Source: Vicugna vicugna (lineage: Eukaryota). Taken from it: a stretch of 64,000 bases of DNA. Made by a program: the position numbers and the translations under genes. A model generated the notes under the pieces. That model was not told where the DNA came from. It ran no database searches and saw only the letters and a list, made by a program, of their open reading frames with translations. Below, in pieces: positions 49,213 through 61,847 of this stretch; the stretch's first letter is position 1; each line of letters begins with the position of its first letter. The DNA lies in NCBI GenBank assembly GCA_013265495.1, contig MU058718.1, positions 2,627,779-2,691,778 on the forward strand, in the 5' to 3' direction.

Positions 49213-50079
49213 CACCCACTTTTTAAAAAAGTTTCTGAGAACTAGTCTTTCTCCAGGGGTCTGCTGGGGGTTGGGAAGGGGCTGCTCCTGCAGGGATCCC
49301 TAAGCCCTGGGAAGTCAGGTTTCTCAAAGGCCTTTGATCTTCTTGTGAAGGGCATTGTCCTGCCAGGTGGGCTCCAAATGCAGGCTTCACACTGGGGTCA
49401 GATTTACCAGGGTTCCCACCTGCACACCACAGCACTGGAGCTCACCGTGCAAGCTCTAAGAACTCCTCCAGGTCTGCCCTAATCCCACACTGGCTCTCAG
49501 TTATGAGGACACTTTAAGTAAAATTCTGTTTTGATGCACAAACCCGAGACTCTACTTTCCGCTTTACAGTCTCATAGAACTGTTCTCAAATGACATGTAA
49601 ACCCCTAGGAGCTCACGGTGGGTCCGTCTTGGAGGAAGTCAGATCTGGGTGAGGGTGGAGAGCATTCATTCATTCATTCATTCAGCAGATATTTAATGAG
49701 CATCTGTCTGTGCCATGCTAGACACTTGGGACAGAAGGGTGAAGACAGATCTGAGCCTTCCCTTCACGGAGTTTACAGCCCAACATGAGACAGAAAACAA
49801 CAGCAAAGGAGTTAGAGCTGAACAGAGAGGGACTTGTTTTAGATAGGGCGGTCAGAGGAGGCCTCTTGGAGGAGGTGATCTTCAGGCTGAGTCATGAAAT
49901 ATGAGCTGATGTCCAAATGGGAGAAAAGGCAGAGAAAACAGCAGAGTGAAAAACTCCTTTGACAGGAAGGACATGGCACTGGGAACTGAAGGCAGACCAA
50001 GATGGAAGGAGGGCATGGACGAGGTAGGTGGGTGGGTGGGTGCTAAGTGGGGACGGAGTGATGGCAGCTGGAGGGTGGC

Positions 50080-50612
50080 TCACAAAGATCCTCTTCTCAG
50101 CCAGACTCTAGCCAGGCTCCTCTGAGCCCCCAACTAGGCTTTAACCTTGGTATATGAAGACTTGAACAAATGCTAACGTATTTTCTAACAGCTCAAGGCC
50201 ACATCCCTAAGATAACCGTTTTCCCCCTTAAAATGCCTGCCTGAGAAAACTCAAGGCTGTCACAAACAACTGCTGTCTGTTCTGGCCATCAGCTGCGGAC
50301 GGGGCTTCCATGTCTCGGGCTCATTTGGAGGACAGTCTCCTAACTTCCACAGCTGTCACCAGCAGACACAGCCAACCTAATGGCATTTATACCATCTAAC
50401 CCTTTGTGATCGTTCCCTTCCCTAACTGTATTAAGCCCCTGTTTGCCCACTCTCCCTGCTTCCTCATTCTCCCTTTAAAGTGCCCATCCACCTCGACAAA
50501 TCCAGGTTGAGTTCAACTCATGATGGACTCTTTGCCTGACTGCAAAATGTATCACTGATTACAATCTGTCCTTACCACTTTAACTAGTATCCAACTTGTT
50601 TATCTTTGCCTC
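50080..50612 (+). mobile_element. ERV1 solo LTR (MER31/MER67-like) inserted in an L2
   Basis: ccagactctagccaggctcctctgagccc...aatgcctgcctgagaaaactcaaggctg...aatctgtccttaccactttaactagtatcca. Confidence 0.65.
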
Positions 50613-51664
50613 AGGTCAGCAGGGCCTTGGAGGCCAAGAGGTCTGGGTTTTATTCTAAGTGCAACAACAGAAAGCCGCTAAAGGTGTTAAACAGCGGGTG
50701 ACCAGCTGTGACTTGGGTTTTATGATCGTCCCAGCTGCTGGGTGGAGAACAGAATGGAGCCGATAAAGAACAAGAAACTGGGGGGCCAGTTAGGAGGCCG
50801 CTGCAGTGTAAGGCAGGCGGGGGCGGATGTCAGAGCACGCTGTCTGCTGTATTATAATGTACACGAGAGGGGATTCCCCGGAGCAAATTACCCTTTCCTC
50901 CCTTTCCAGCCATCACTGTGCGTGATTGAGAGTAATCCCTGGAAACTGTTTACCTTCATACCTCCCATTTATTACTTAGCACGCTGGAAGAGCTGGAGAA
51001 CCACCTGGATAATTTTCCAATGACAGTAAAATAAATTATAAAGCTGAGAGAAAAAGCACATTAGAAAGAAAGGGAGGAATACAGCCACTGTCAGTCAAGA
51101 CATGTTTCCCAGCTCTCCCACTGTGATACTTAATACACAGATTTTCCTATTTTCCAGTGTGAGGCTGGCCCCAATTCCTCTTCCAAGCTCAGGAAAAGCA
51201 CAACAGTTTCCCTACAGGCTTTTCATTTTACAAAGCTCCCTGGAAAATACTGTCAATGTGCTGCTAACACTGGGGTTTAATAATGAAGAGGAAAAATGTT
51301 GCTCTTTATACCCATCACTCTTCCAATACTCTGTTTCTCTTTATTTTTCATGTTTGCTGTGTCATTCCTACTTAGCTTTGGCAAATGAGAGCGAGGCAGC
51401 CTCCCGGGAATTTAGTGTTCAGTGCTTAGTATTCAATGCTGGGCAGGGGAGTTGGCTGCCCAAGACGAGCATCCTCTCGCATCCTTCCCTCTCCAGCTGT
51501 CATCCCGCAGTCCCTTGATGGCAGTGCCGGAACCTAAGACCTGACTTCTTGGGTCCCACTAATGACTATATAGGAATAAATAATTTAGATTGTTAATGAA
51601 GGTTTGTTATTTCCCAATGAGACCAACTTTCTAACATCCCTAGGCTTCAGAGAGTGTGCCTTTT

Positions 51665-51988
51665 TAAAATACTGCCATTTGCAGCAATGGACTTGGAGAT
51701 CATCATACTAAGTGAAGTAAGCCAGAAAGAGAAAGAAAAATACCATATGATGTCATTTATACGTGGAATCCAAAAAAAAAGAAAAAGAAGGTGGGGGGCA
51801 CAAATGCACTTATTCACAGAACAGAGACAGACTCTCAGACACAGAAAACAAACTTATGGTTACCAGGGGAAAAAGCGGGTGGGGAGGTGGGGAGGGATAG
51901 ATTGGGAGCTTGGGATTGGCAGATGCTAATTACTGTATGTAAAATAGATAAAACACAAGGTTAAAAACAAAACAAAACAAAACAAAAA
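51665..51988 (+). mobile_element. L1 3' fragment ending in an (AAAAC)n tail
   Basis: gccatttgcagcaatggacttggagatcatcatactaagtgaagtaagccagaaagagaaagaaaaataccatatga...aaacttatggttaccagggg. Confidence 0.85.
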
Positions 51989-54194
51989 TCTTCCAGTTGA
52001 TCTCAATAGTAAAATACGAAAAAGTCTAACACTAAGTGAAAACTGAAGTAAAAGGACATACATGAATACAAGTTCACTTTTTAAATTATTAGTCTGAACA
52101 CAAAATTACTCCCTCAAATTACTACTGAAGTTTTTCAAATGCTTACTCTCAGCTTCTGTATTTAACTCACTGTGGATCAGTCACAGTCGTAAGCATGGTC
52201 CTAAGCAATTCCCAGACTTCTCTGCATCTATGCCTTTGCTTATGCTGTTCCTCCACCTGGAATGCCGTGCCCATTGCGGTCCACCTCCCACCCCCTTCCC
52301 TAGCCCTTGTTACCATGCTCATCTTCTGAAGACCTCCTGATCTTTCAAGGTCCTTTCAAATGCCACCTCTGCTAGGGCGCATCTTTCCTGCCACGTGAGC
52401 CCCCATGGAACGCAGACTGACTGTCACCCTCTGGGCACTGTGTTATGATCATGGTGTACTTGGGTCATCATACCCTACCTGATATTAAACTTCCTGAGCT
52501 CAAGGACTTTCTTTGCCATGTTACTAACACAGAGCCTTGTACATAGTAAGCTCCCAACATACACTTGCTGATTTGATAAATAAAAATGAGCAATAAAAAA
52601 AAGTAAAGATGCCATTGGGTTGGTTAGTGCCAGAGGTGGGAACAAAACTCAGGGCATTGGGCTCTTAATTTCATTCTTACGAATTCTTACAAATATAGCC
52701 TTAAAACTGGAGCTCTACAGAATGTCACAGAAAAATCCTATTAACAAAAGAAAACTGCAATTTGATCACCTGAGTATCTTCCCGAATTTGAATGAATGCT
52801 CAGGCACCTTGAAGAAGCACATGAACTGGCCCTGGAATGTGAATCCACACGTTCTGTGATCTTAGTTCACTGTCATCCAAGATTTGGTCATTCCTGACAC
52901 TCTTCCCAGCTTAAGGAAAGGGGCGGGGGTGGGACTCTGGAGGACTGGAATCCAAAAGGGGTGTTCCTAAGGGGGCGTTGGCAGGATGTCATGCAGCCTC
53001 AGAGACACTGTTCTTAGGAGAGAACTTGTTGGAGGCTGGAACAATGAAGAAACCAGGCAGCTTGGGAGGGACACTGAGGACACGTGGAAAATCTTGCCTA
53101 CCCTGTCAGGGCTCCCTAAAGTTGAGGGAGGTCAGACAATTTCTAGTTTTTGAGGTTTCAGAATCAAGGAACACCAAATCTTGTATATTAAATGTTTACT
53201 ATACAGCAAATGAACACTTTTAACACAAACAGGCAGGTAAGAAGACTGCGTATGTGGCCCCATGTGGAAAGGAAGCTAAAAGTCTGTACATGAGGCTCTT
53301 TGTGAGTGTGAGGCCTGGAGTGGGGCTGAGGTTGGGGGTAGGAAGACCCCCTTCTGGTGGTTTATGACTGGTGTTCCCTCCTTTCTGCCCCAAGATTTCA
53401 GATATTTGCCTCCTAGTCTATCTTGGGAATCACTTGCAGACACTTTCCCTCTACAGTCAGACATTGCCTGACAAGCTCATTCATTCCTGTGGGTTTAAAT
53501 GCCATGTTTGCTGACTGTCAGATCCTTCCCCTCAGGTCTGGACTCTCTCCTGAAGCCCAGACCCTGGAACCCCATCTTGGTACCCAGTGCCCCCTGGACA
53601 TTTCCATTGGCGTGTCCTCTTGGCACCTCAAATTCAATGTTTCCAAAATTAAAGCCTACTCTTCCTTTCCTCTTCCCCAGTCTGATTCTGTGCTCCAGGG
53701 CCAGTTGGCCGGAGGCCCAACATACCCATTTTCCTCAGCCCGGACTCCCCCTAACCTTTCCCCTTTTTCCCTTGGCCTCGTTCATGTCTATGCAGCCCTA
53801 ACATGGCATTTCTCTGATCGGGGAAGCTGCCTGTAACAGTCTGGGCCCCTGGCTGCACACTTTGACCTGGCCCTGATCTGCTCCTCCACTTACTCACTTA
53901 GGAGTCAATTAATTGTGGACTTTTAATGACTCTTCCCTCGGCTAGCAGATAAGCTCCCCGACCGAGGGGATGGTTTCTGCCTTGTTCACTGCTCCATCCC
54001 CAGGTTCTGGTGTATGGTACCCTGCATACTGTTGGCATTTAATAAATATGTGTTAATTGACTGAGTAGATGAATCCTTTCACTCCTCTGCTTAAAACCCT
54101 TCAAGACAAAGCCCCACCGGCCAGCCTGGTGCCTGAGGCCCTCTGTGTCTGAAGCCTGTCTCCATTCCTCCCCATCCTCATCCTGTCAGTCCCA

Positions 54195-54625
54195 CAAAGC
54201 TTAGCGGATAAGAGTTCAGATTTTAGAATCAGAGGGCCTGGGTTCAAATCCCAGCTCTGCCACTTACTAACTGTATATCCTTGGGAGAATTATTAAAAGC
54301 TTTCTATGCCTCAGTTTCCTCATGTATTAAATGGGAATAACAATAGTGCTTACCTGGTAGGCTTGTGAGGATTAAAATTAGCTGTACTTATTCATCAACC
54401 TATTACATATATTCACATGTATACATATGTGTACATGAATTTATATGCATCAACATAATCTACACATATTGCATATATATGTGCATGTTAATTATATTAA
54501 TATAATTAAGTATATTAATTCATTTGTGCATATATGAATTGATACACGAGAACCTGTGTGTGTGTGTGTGTGTGTGCACGCACACACGTGCCCACAGAGT
54601 ACTAGCAACAGTGCCTGGCAGACAG
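54195..54625 (+). mobile_element. MIR SINE interrupted by AT/TG low-complexity sequence including (TG)11 at 54555-54576
   Basis: cctgggttcaaatcccagctctgccacttactaactgt...tgcctcagtttcctcat...tgtgaggattaaa; resumes aacagtgcctggca. Confidence 0.8.
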
Positions 54626-55867
54626 TCTATGCTGTGCTACTTTACACACCCTCTCACACTCAGTGCCTGAACTGTGCTGAACCAGCGTTGGTTCCTCAGT
54701 GCACCATGACCTCTCTTCTCCGCACCTTTGCACTTGCTCCTCTCTCAGCCTGGAATAGCCTCGTATTCTCCCTTTGCTTGGAGAAACCTTCCCGACCTTC
54801 AGGACCCAGGGCAGGTCACCACCTCTGGGGGGATATGGACCACCCTCCCTCCAACTGGTGGTGTGCATTTTCCTCCCCGCATCCCTGCGCCATGTAATCA
54901 GCTCCCATCTGCTGCCATGGGAGGCCGTGAGCTCCTGGAGGGCAGGGTTTGTGTTCCATTGCTTTGTAGCCCGTATCTAGCACCATGTCCCAGCTCCAGA
55001 GGTGCTCTAGAAATATCTGTTGAACAAATGTAAACAATCAAAATGATTTATAGGCAGGGCTTGTATATACACATGTACAGGTGGGCCGGTGACCCCTGTG
55101 GAGGTCCTGGGTCACCCACAGGAGAGGAAGGAGGGCCCAGGGTAGGGCCATGGTGCGAAGCCCCTCTATTTCCGGGTGGGGGGTTATCTGGAAGGGACAG
55201 GGCTAACAGAGGCGTGTGTCCAGCCTTCCAGGTGAGTGTCCTAGGCACATTTTGCTGTTCTTAACTCTGCAATGCTCTATCTATTCTAGTCATAGATTTA
55301 CTCCTAATTTGACTGTGACCTTGGAAAACAAATTCTCAAAACTTCAGTGTCCTCATCGCTAAAACAGAGACCCAATCAGCTGCCCGGACTGGGCTGATAC
55401 GTACTGCCTTCCCTTCCACAGCAGACCTGATGGCTTTTCACTGTGACGGTTCCGAGTGCGCAGTGTCCAGGCCTTTCTGCTTGTTAATTTGGGACACCCA
55501 CCCTGAACCCTAACTACACAGTAAGCATAAGTGTAAGGTCATTTCCTCTTTATGTTCATCTTTACTTAATATTAATAATTTGCATACCACTTTCTGATTT
55601 ATCCCCTAATCTGATTTATCCCCTAATTTTACCTACTTTTTTGCTAAGTATTTTTATTTAAATTGACTCACTTTTTGCTTGGATCCACTTTAGTTTTGTT
55701 CTAAACCAGAGTATCCTTAAAATCATGAATTTTATAGGCAAGCAGAACTTTTTAAATACACCTGAAAATACATACACTACTGTTTCAATGTTTGATATTC
55801 ACCCTAGTACTGTCGACAATCACCTTGGGTAAAGGTGTGCGCGCCACCCTTTGGGGATCTCACAGAC

Positions 55868-56181
55868 CAGCAGTCCTTAGAGTAATCCCTGGACCAGCCA
55901 CATCAGCATCCCCTGGGACCGTGTTAGAAATGCACCTTCTGTGTTAGCTGATGCTATGGTAGTAATCGTTTGGAAATCTACATGTATATCAAATCAACAT
56001 ATTGTACACCTTAAATTATACAGTTTGTATGTGAATTATATCTCAATAAAACTGGGGAAAAGTTTTTAAAAATAAAGAAATGCATCCTCTCCAGCTCTGG
56101 ATCCAAGTGTCTAAGGGCGAGGCCAGCAATCTGTGTTTTAACAAGTTCTGCAAGTGATGTGCTTAAGATTGAGAACAGCTG
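55868..56181. mobile_element. MER5A-like element split by an L1MA-type 3' end (55941-56075) with 15-bp TSD
   Basis: ggaccagccacatcagcatcccctggga..gttagaaatgca / gcaatctgtgttttaacaag...ttgagaacagctg; TSD agaaatgcaccttct vs agaaatgcatcctct. Confidence 0.8.
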
Positions 56182-56934
56182 TCAGGGAACTTTGTGGGCT
56201 CTCACGAGCTGACGGCGTCTCCACAGGAGCTTCTAACGCAGACCCTTCCCTGAGGCTCGGCTCAGCCCCGCCTCCCATCAGGACCATTCGTCTGTCCTTG
56301 GTCCACCACCGAGACCAGAGCGACAGTGCGACACACACTGCTTTCCCTGCAGCTCGCACGGCTGGATCCCCACAGAGGCAGCTTCTTTTGGTACAATTTC
56401 CTTCCCACTTCTATTGTTTCCCGCCCTTTCAGGCGTTGAGTTGATTAAATTCAGAGGAAGAAATAGGTCAAATCCTCTGTTCCACAAAAACTAATTACCT
56501 TCTCTGTCCTCCTCGTTCTGTCCGTGAGGTGGGGGTGCTTGTCCTTCGCTGACCCAGCTTGGTCCTCTCTGTGGCCGATGACCCTGTCTGCAGGGTGGGT
56601 GACACGAGGCCCCCTGGGTATCCACAGGTACTCTAAGACACTTTCTGGTCCTCTGACGAGAGCCTCCACCCCTGGAGGGAGAGGCAAGGGCCTTGTAAGG
56701 ATCTCGCTCTGCTCAGCCGCTGACCCTGCAGCACAGGTACCACTGCTGCCTTCACGGTTTCCTTCATCTCTCTTCTCCACTTACACCCTCCTCCTTGCTG
56801 ACCTCAGCTATTTCGTGGCTTCAGCTGTGAAGCCTAACCCGTCTGTCCAAACCCCGCCTCTTGGAGAAGCTCGAATTCTGCACTTCCCTGGCTAGCCCCA
56901 TCCTCTGGACCTCACAGCCAACCCTGCGAAGCTG

Positions 56935-57440
56935 AACATAAAACCTCTTCCCTCTAGCCTTCCGGATTCTCAGCTGGGGCCCTGTGACAAGAGATAAATT
57001 AATGAGAAAAAAACTAACGAGCTTATTCTCAGGTATACCTCATGTGTACGTACATGGGAGACACCTGGGGAAAACGAGTACCTCTCCAAGAGGTGGCTTA
57101 GAATTCAGGCTGAAATACCATCTTCATTAAAAACAAACAAAGGGTGCGGGAAGGCCAGTCATGGGGAGCGATGACCAGGAAAAGCACCTGTTTGTTATGC
57201 AGATTTAAGTCCCCGCTTTCTCCATGGATTAGAGTCTCCTGTGATTGAGGGTCACCCTTCTCTTCCCAGTACAGAGAGGGAGACACCCTTACAAATGGAG
57301 AGCTCCTTTGTAAATGTCAGTGTCCCTTACAGAAGGGTAGCTTCTGCTCTGTTGTCAGAGCTGATCCAATGTCTGCTGGGTTTGTTGTTGTTGTTGTTTT
57401 TAAAATAATCAGCTTAATCCTTTGCCCAAAGGGGCACCGT
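56935..57440 (-). mobile_element. ERV1 solo LTR (MER34/39-like), antisense
   Basis: Reverse complement shares motifs with the LTR at 47637 (gaattctaagccacc; the ...agagggaag end). Confidence 0.6.
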
Positions 57441-58214
57441 CCACAATGAACCCAACCTGTTCTCTTGTATTTCCCATCTCAGCTAACTGAATCAAAGCCT
57501 ACTGCACCTTCCAAGCTTGAAAACCTTCTCTTCCTTATCCTCACACGTAGTGGGTCATCAGAGCATGCTGATTCTCCTGCTTCATCCTCTTTATTGTGGC
57601 TTTTCCCTCCTCTCCATCCTCCTGGCCACTTTCTTCGTGAAGGCCCTCAGTCTGTTACTGCTGTTACAGCCTTCTGGGGGGAGTGGAATCCTAAATAACA
57701 AGTAGAATAATTAGCATGTTTAGCACGTTGCTGCTAAAACTTTTTCAGAGGCTCCCTTCCACCTCCAGAATCAAGCTCAACACCTCTGCGAACAAGGGCT
57801 CGAGCACCTGGCCCCAGACTTCCTTTCCTCCCTTGTTTCCAAAGCACACTGGACTCCAGCCACACAGAACCGTCCCCACCCCTACCAGCAGGGGGCTCTG
57901 CAGCCTCCCTGCCTGGAAGACCTCCTCGCAGCTCCTCCTTTAACAGTTGGAGGGCTCCCAGCATCCGCGGAATCCTGGCTCTCATGTCAACCCTGTGCAG
58001 GTTCCTTGGCTTTTCTCTGCATCCAGCCAAGCCTAGGCCCTGTTGTCTGCACCTGCAGGAGCTCTTCAGTGAGGGCAGGGCCTCTGCAGGGCTGCTCCCT
58101 GCACGGAGGATAGGGTGGTCTCTCACTCACCCTGGCTGCTCAGCGCCCAATGTAGATACTCCCGTAAAACCAGCACTCAGGCAGCGTACGGAGATCAACT
58201 TTTTTCCTGATAAG

Positions 58215-58713
58215 TGTGGGGGAAGAAAAAGTTTTCCTTAATCCCCTTAGGGTCCTTGGCTGGGTCTCAAAACTATACTGACAGATTAACAAGAGAAAAG
58301 CACACTTTTTTTTTTGAATTTTCACATGTACATGGGAGTCTTCACAAGAGAATAAAGACTCAAAGTGACCAAACCAGGAAGCTTTTATACTTGTTAGGTA
58401 AAGAATCAATCAATTTGAGAAAAATTGACAAGACAGAGGAGTTCCGGATAGGGATAGTCCAACTTGGCGAGCAGTCCTCATTTTCCTCAGCAAGAATAAG
58501 GGTTAGTTTAACAAGGTTTGTTTGCAGATTCGTCTGGTGCCACCTCTGGGCTGACAGGAGTCTATCTCCAGTAAAGGGAGAATTTCTTGCCTTTAGGCAA
58601 AAAAAAAGGGGGGGGAGTTTTTCTGAGTGCACGGCTTCTTAATTGTCTTTAGTGAAAAATAACTTCTATGTCAATGAGGCGTATTTTGGGGTGACATATT
58701 CTGGTTTATTTCA
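58215..58713 (-). mobile_element. ERV1 solo LTR (MER34-like), antisense
   Basis: tgtggggggaagaaaaagttttcc...acagattaacaagagaaaagca...tatgtcaatgaggcgtattttggggtgacatattctggtttatttca. Confidence 0.7.
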
Positions 58714-58819
58714 CTGGATCCCTTACACCTGCAGGGTTCCCACATCCGAATACGAAGAGTTATAAACACGGCTCCAGTCACCCCAGACAAATCTGGAGGC
58801 CCAGAGCAGGCCCAACATT

Positions 58820-59300
58820 TGAGTCACCAGGTCGCTAGCTCTGCCCACCTCCCAGGCCTCTTAGACAACACTCAGCATCTTAAGAAGCCTAGAACCCAAA
58901 CCAGTGATCCCCAACCCCCCAGCTTACTGTCTGTATTAACATGTCACTTTCTCATCAGCATAATTTTACTAGTCCAGAGACTCTTACCTTGGAAAAGCAA
59001 AGTGGTAAATCTTTGTTTCATTGTAGAAATTTCTTGCAAGTCTCAAGTCATCAGGAGACAGTTTACTTGCCAGACTGGCTTTACTTGGCTGTGTTCACCA
59101 ATGCTAGCCCATTATACCATAATCCTTACACAAGCCTAACCAGGCAGGCCTCCCTGATCTGCCTTAAACCAGACCTCAAAGTCTTAATCAATCAAACCTT
59201 GCCCTTCCCCTGTCAAGACACTATCAGATTTCCTTATGGAGGTAAACAATGAACACAGCTTTGCCATAGAAACAGGTGGCTTGAAAGCCAGCATTCTACA
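58820..59300 (+). mobile_element. ERV1 LTR remnant (MER90/MER110-like)
   Basis: 3' end ...aacaatgaacacagctttgcc...aacaggtg...gccagcattctaca resembles the recalled family terminus. Confidence 0.45.
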
Positions 59301-59505
59301 AGGCTGTGTGTTCCAGGCTTCTCCTGCCTATCTAGGCAATTGTCAGTTTGCATTCAAAGCAAGTTTTGTTATCTCATCAAGTTCGACGATAAAGAAGTTC
59401 TGTATCTTTAGATGTTAACACCCATGTACAGGGAAGGGAAAAACTTGACCTAACATGGAGGCACTGCCCCGATTACTTTTGTCTCTAGATCAAAAGCTGC
59501 CTTTG

Positions 59506-59584
59506 CATGCGTGAGGTCTTGGGTTCAAACCCCAGTAACTCCATTTAAATAAATAAATAAAACCTAATTACCTTCCCCACAAAG
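59506..59584 (+). mobile_element. 5'-truncated Vic-1-like SINE with 14-bp TSD
   Basis: catgcgtgaggtcttgggttcaaaccccagtaactcc...aataaaacctaattacc; TSD aaaagc[t/c]gcctttg at 59492-59505 and 59585-59598. Confidence 0.85.
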
Positions 59585-60639
59585 AAAAGCCGCCTTTGGC
59601 TTCTTCCTGGCGTCAAAACCCACCTGAAGATGTAAACGCCATGATGAGATGCCTTCTGAGTACTGACCAGCAGAGGGTGCTCTTGAGAAACAGGACTCCT
59701 TTAGAAGCGTGTTCCTGTCAGGGACTGGAAAATTCCCACACAGGAGGCACCACTTAATTTTAATGATTGTAATTAATGGTAAATGCAAGCAGAGCTTCCA
59801 CAGGACATAAACCAGAACAGCCACGGAGTGATAGAGAAGCCAAAGGCGGGAAATCCAGCGGGAGAACCTACCCAAAGTGGTGCTCAGAAGAAAATGTAAA
59901 GCCTCTGTTCGGGTTTTGCCTTCTTACAAAGACTCCTACGGTAACAGAATTTCCCCCCAAGTAATTCTGAAACCTGCCGTATTTAGGTCATGCTATGTTG
60001 AAGTCCTTCAGAACTTTTTACTCTGGGTTCCTGAGAAATTATTCTCAATGTTCATGCGGAAAGTCACTCTAAAACAAGAGTTGGCAATTTTTTTCTGGAA
60101 ATGTTAGGCATTTTCACTTTTATAGTTTGAATAGTTTCTGCCCCAACTTCTCAAATCTGCTGTTGTAGCTCAAAAGCATGACTAGTGGAGGTGCAACGGG
60201 CTTCCTTCCCTCTTTGTGAGCGAGGCCAGTTTTATATCCATTTGCAAATCCACACTGGTATTCCTGATCTCGAAATGTCTCTGCTCTGACGTTTGTATTG
60301 ATCCTATTGTAACATCTGCCTGGTTTCCTTCTCAACCATGAATTAAGTAAAATCTTTGACATGTGTTTATTTTACACCTATGTGAGTCATGATTTTTAAC
60401 TTTTTTTGGTCAAAATATATTTCTTAACATGCTGTGTAACTGTGAAATTGAATTCAGGGATGTCTTCCTAGAAAACATTTGAACAGCAGCCAGAGGGACA
60501 GCATAAAACACTTTTGTCTCCCTCTTTTTAAGTAATCTCTTTACTCAGATTCTGCTCACAACTCTGCCACTAAACAGCTATATAGTTTTAATGACACTTA
60601 AATTTTCCCAAATGAGGGGTTGGGCTCGAAAACTCGACA

Positions 60640-61162
60640 AGGCAGGCTTTCTCAAACTCTATGGTCTAAGGAATCCTTTTCACTTTTAAAAATTATTGAC
60701 AAACTTCTTGAATTATTAAGACTTTGGTTTAGGCAGATTATATCTATTGTTATTTACCATATTAGAAATTAAAACTGAAAACTTTTCTTAACATATGCAT
60801 TTATGAATTCATTGAAAATAACAATAAGAAACCTATTACATGTCAACATAAATAACGTTTTCCAAAACAAAAAATATCTATAATGAGAAGAGTGGCATTG
60901 TTTTACAATTTTGCACATCGTTTAAATAATCAGCTTAATAGAAGACAGCTGAATTCTCATCTGTGTGTGTTTGCATTCAATCTGATATGACAGCAGTATC
61001 ATGTAGCCTCTAAAATCTGCATTCTACACTCATGAATGAGAGTAGAAGAGGCAACTAACATCCTAGTATTGTTATAACAATAGTTTGGACCTAGCGGACC
61101 CCCTGAAAGGAAGGATCTCAGGGACCCTCAAGAGTTCCTGAAACACTCTCTGAGAACTGCTG
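60640..61162 (-). mobile_element. MER119-like hAT-Charlie fossil
   Basis: atgtagcctct...tacactcatgaatgagagt...tagtattgttat..aatagtttggacctagcggaccccctgaaagg..tctcagggaccc...tgagaactgctg. Confidence 0.75.
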
Positions 61163-61530
61163 TAGTAAAGTGAATAAATGCAGGTGGGAGTAGTGATTTT
61201 GGGGGGGTGGGATGTACCAGTACCTCATGCCGACCCCCTTCTGAGAGTGACGGTTGCTTTCCCAAGCATTCTGGGAACAGTAAGCTTTTCTTCATGAGTG
61301 TGAGGATGTAAGTGCAGCAACACGTGTGGCTCTGTGTTCCAAGCTGGAGTGGGATGCTGCGGATTCTTGGAGTAGGGACAGGAAATGGGGTGGGGGGACT
61401 GGGGGAAGGAAATGAGCTCCATTCTCATCCTTTCCCAAGACGCCAGCTCTGGGTGAGAACTTGAAGCTGCATTTTCAAGAGCCTTCCTGGGATTCTTTCC
61501 TGATCCTTTTCTCCAAGAAGCCCCTGGAAG

Positions 61531-61847
61531 TGAAAGGGTGCAGAATCCTGTGAGTCCACCCCCACCAAACCCCCCAATCCCCTACCTCTTGTTTATAGAA
61601 AAGCTGACATCCCCCAGGCCTCCCTGAGTCACAGAAGCCCAGGCTCAAGCGGTTTATTAGGACATGCCTGCAGGCACTGGGGGATGGCAGTGACTCTGAC
61701 CACCTATCTCAACGATTAACTGAGATTATTCCTTCATTTCCCTTTAAAACATTTCATGGCTGAACAGAATCTTTGGAGATGGTTTTCTGGGGGGATGGGA
61801 TTGCAGGCATTCTGATTAAAAGCAGCTTTCCTTTTTGCTACCAAGGC
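61531..61847 (+). mobile_element. ERV LTR fragment upstream of the MER41-like LTR
   Basis: tgaaaggg start, ccctttaaaa TATA-like box, attaaa signal; family not identified. Confidence 0.45.

Noticed and set aside
55594..55627. 17-bp tandem duplication ctgatttatcccctaat x2
   Set aside because: Real but an ordinary slippage-type duplication with no functional clue.
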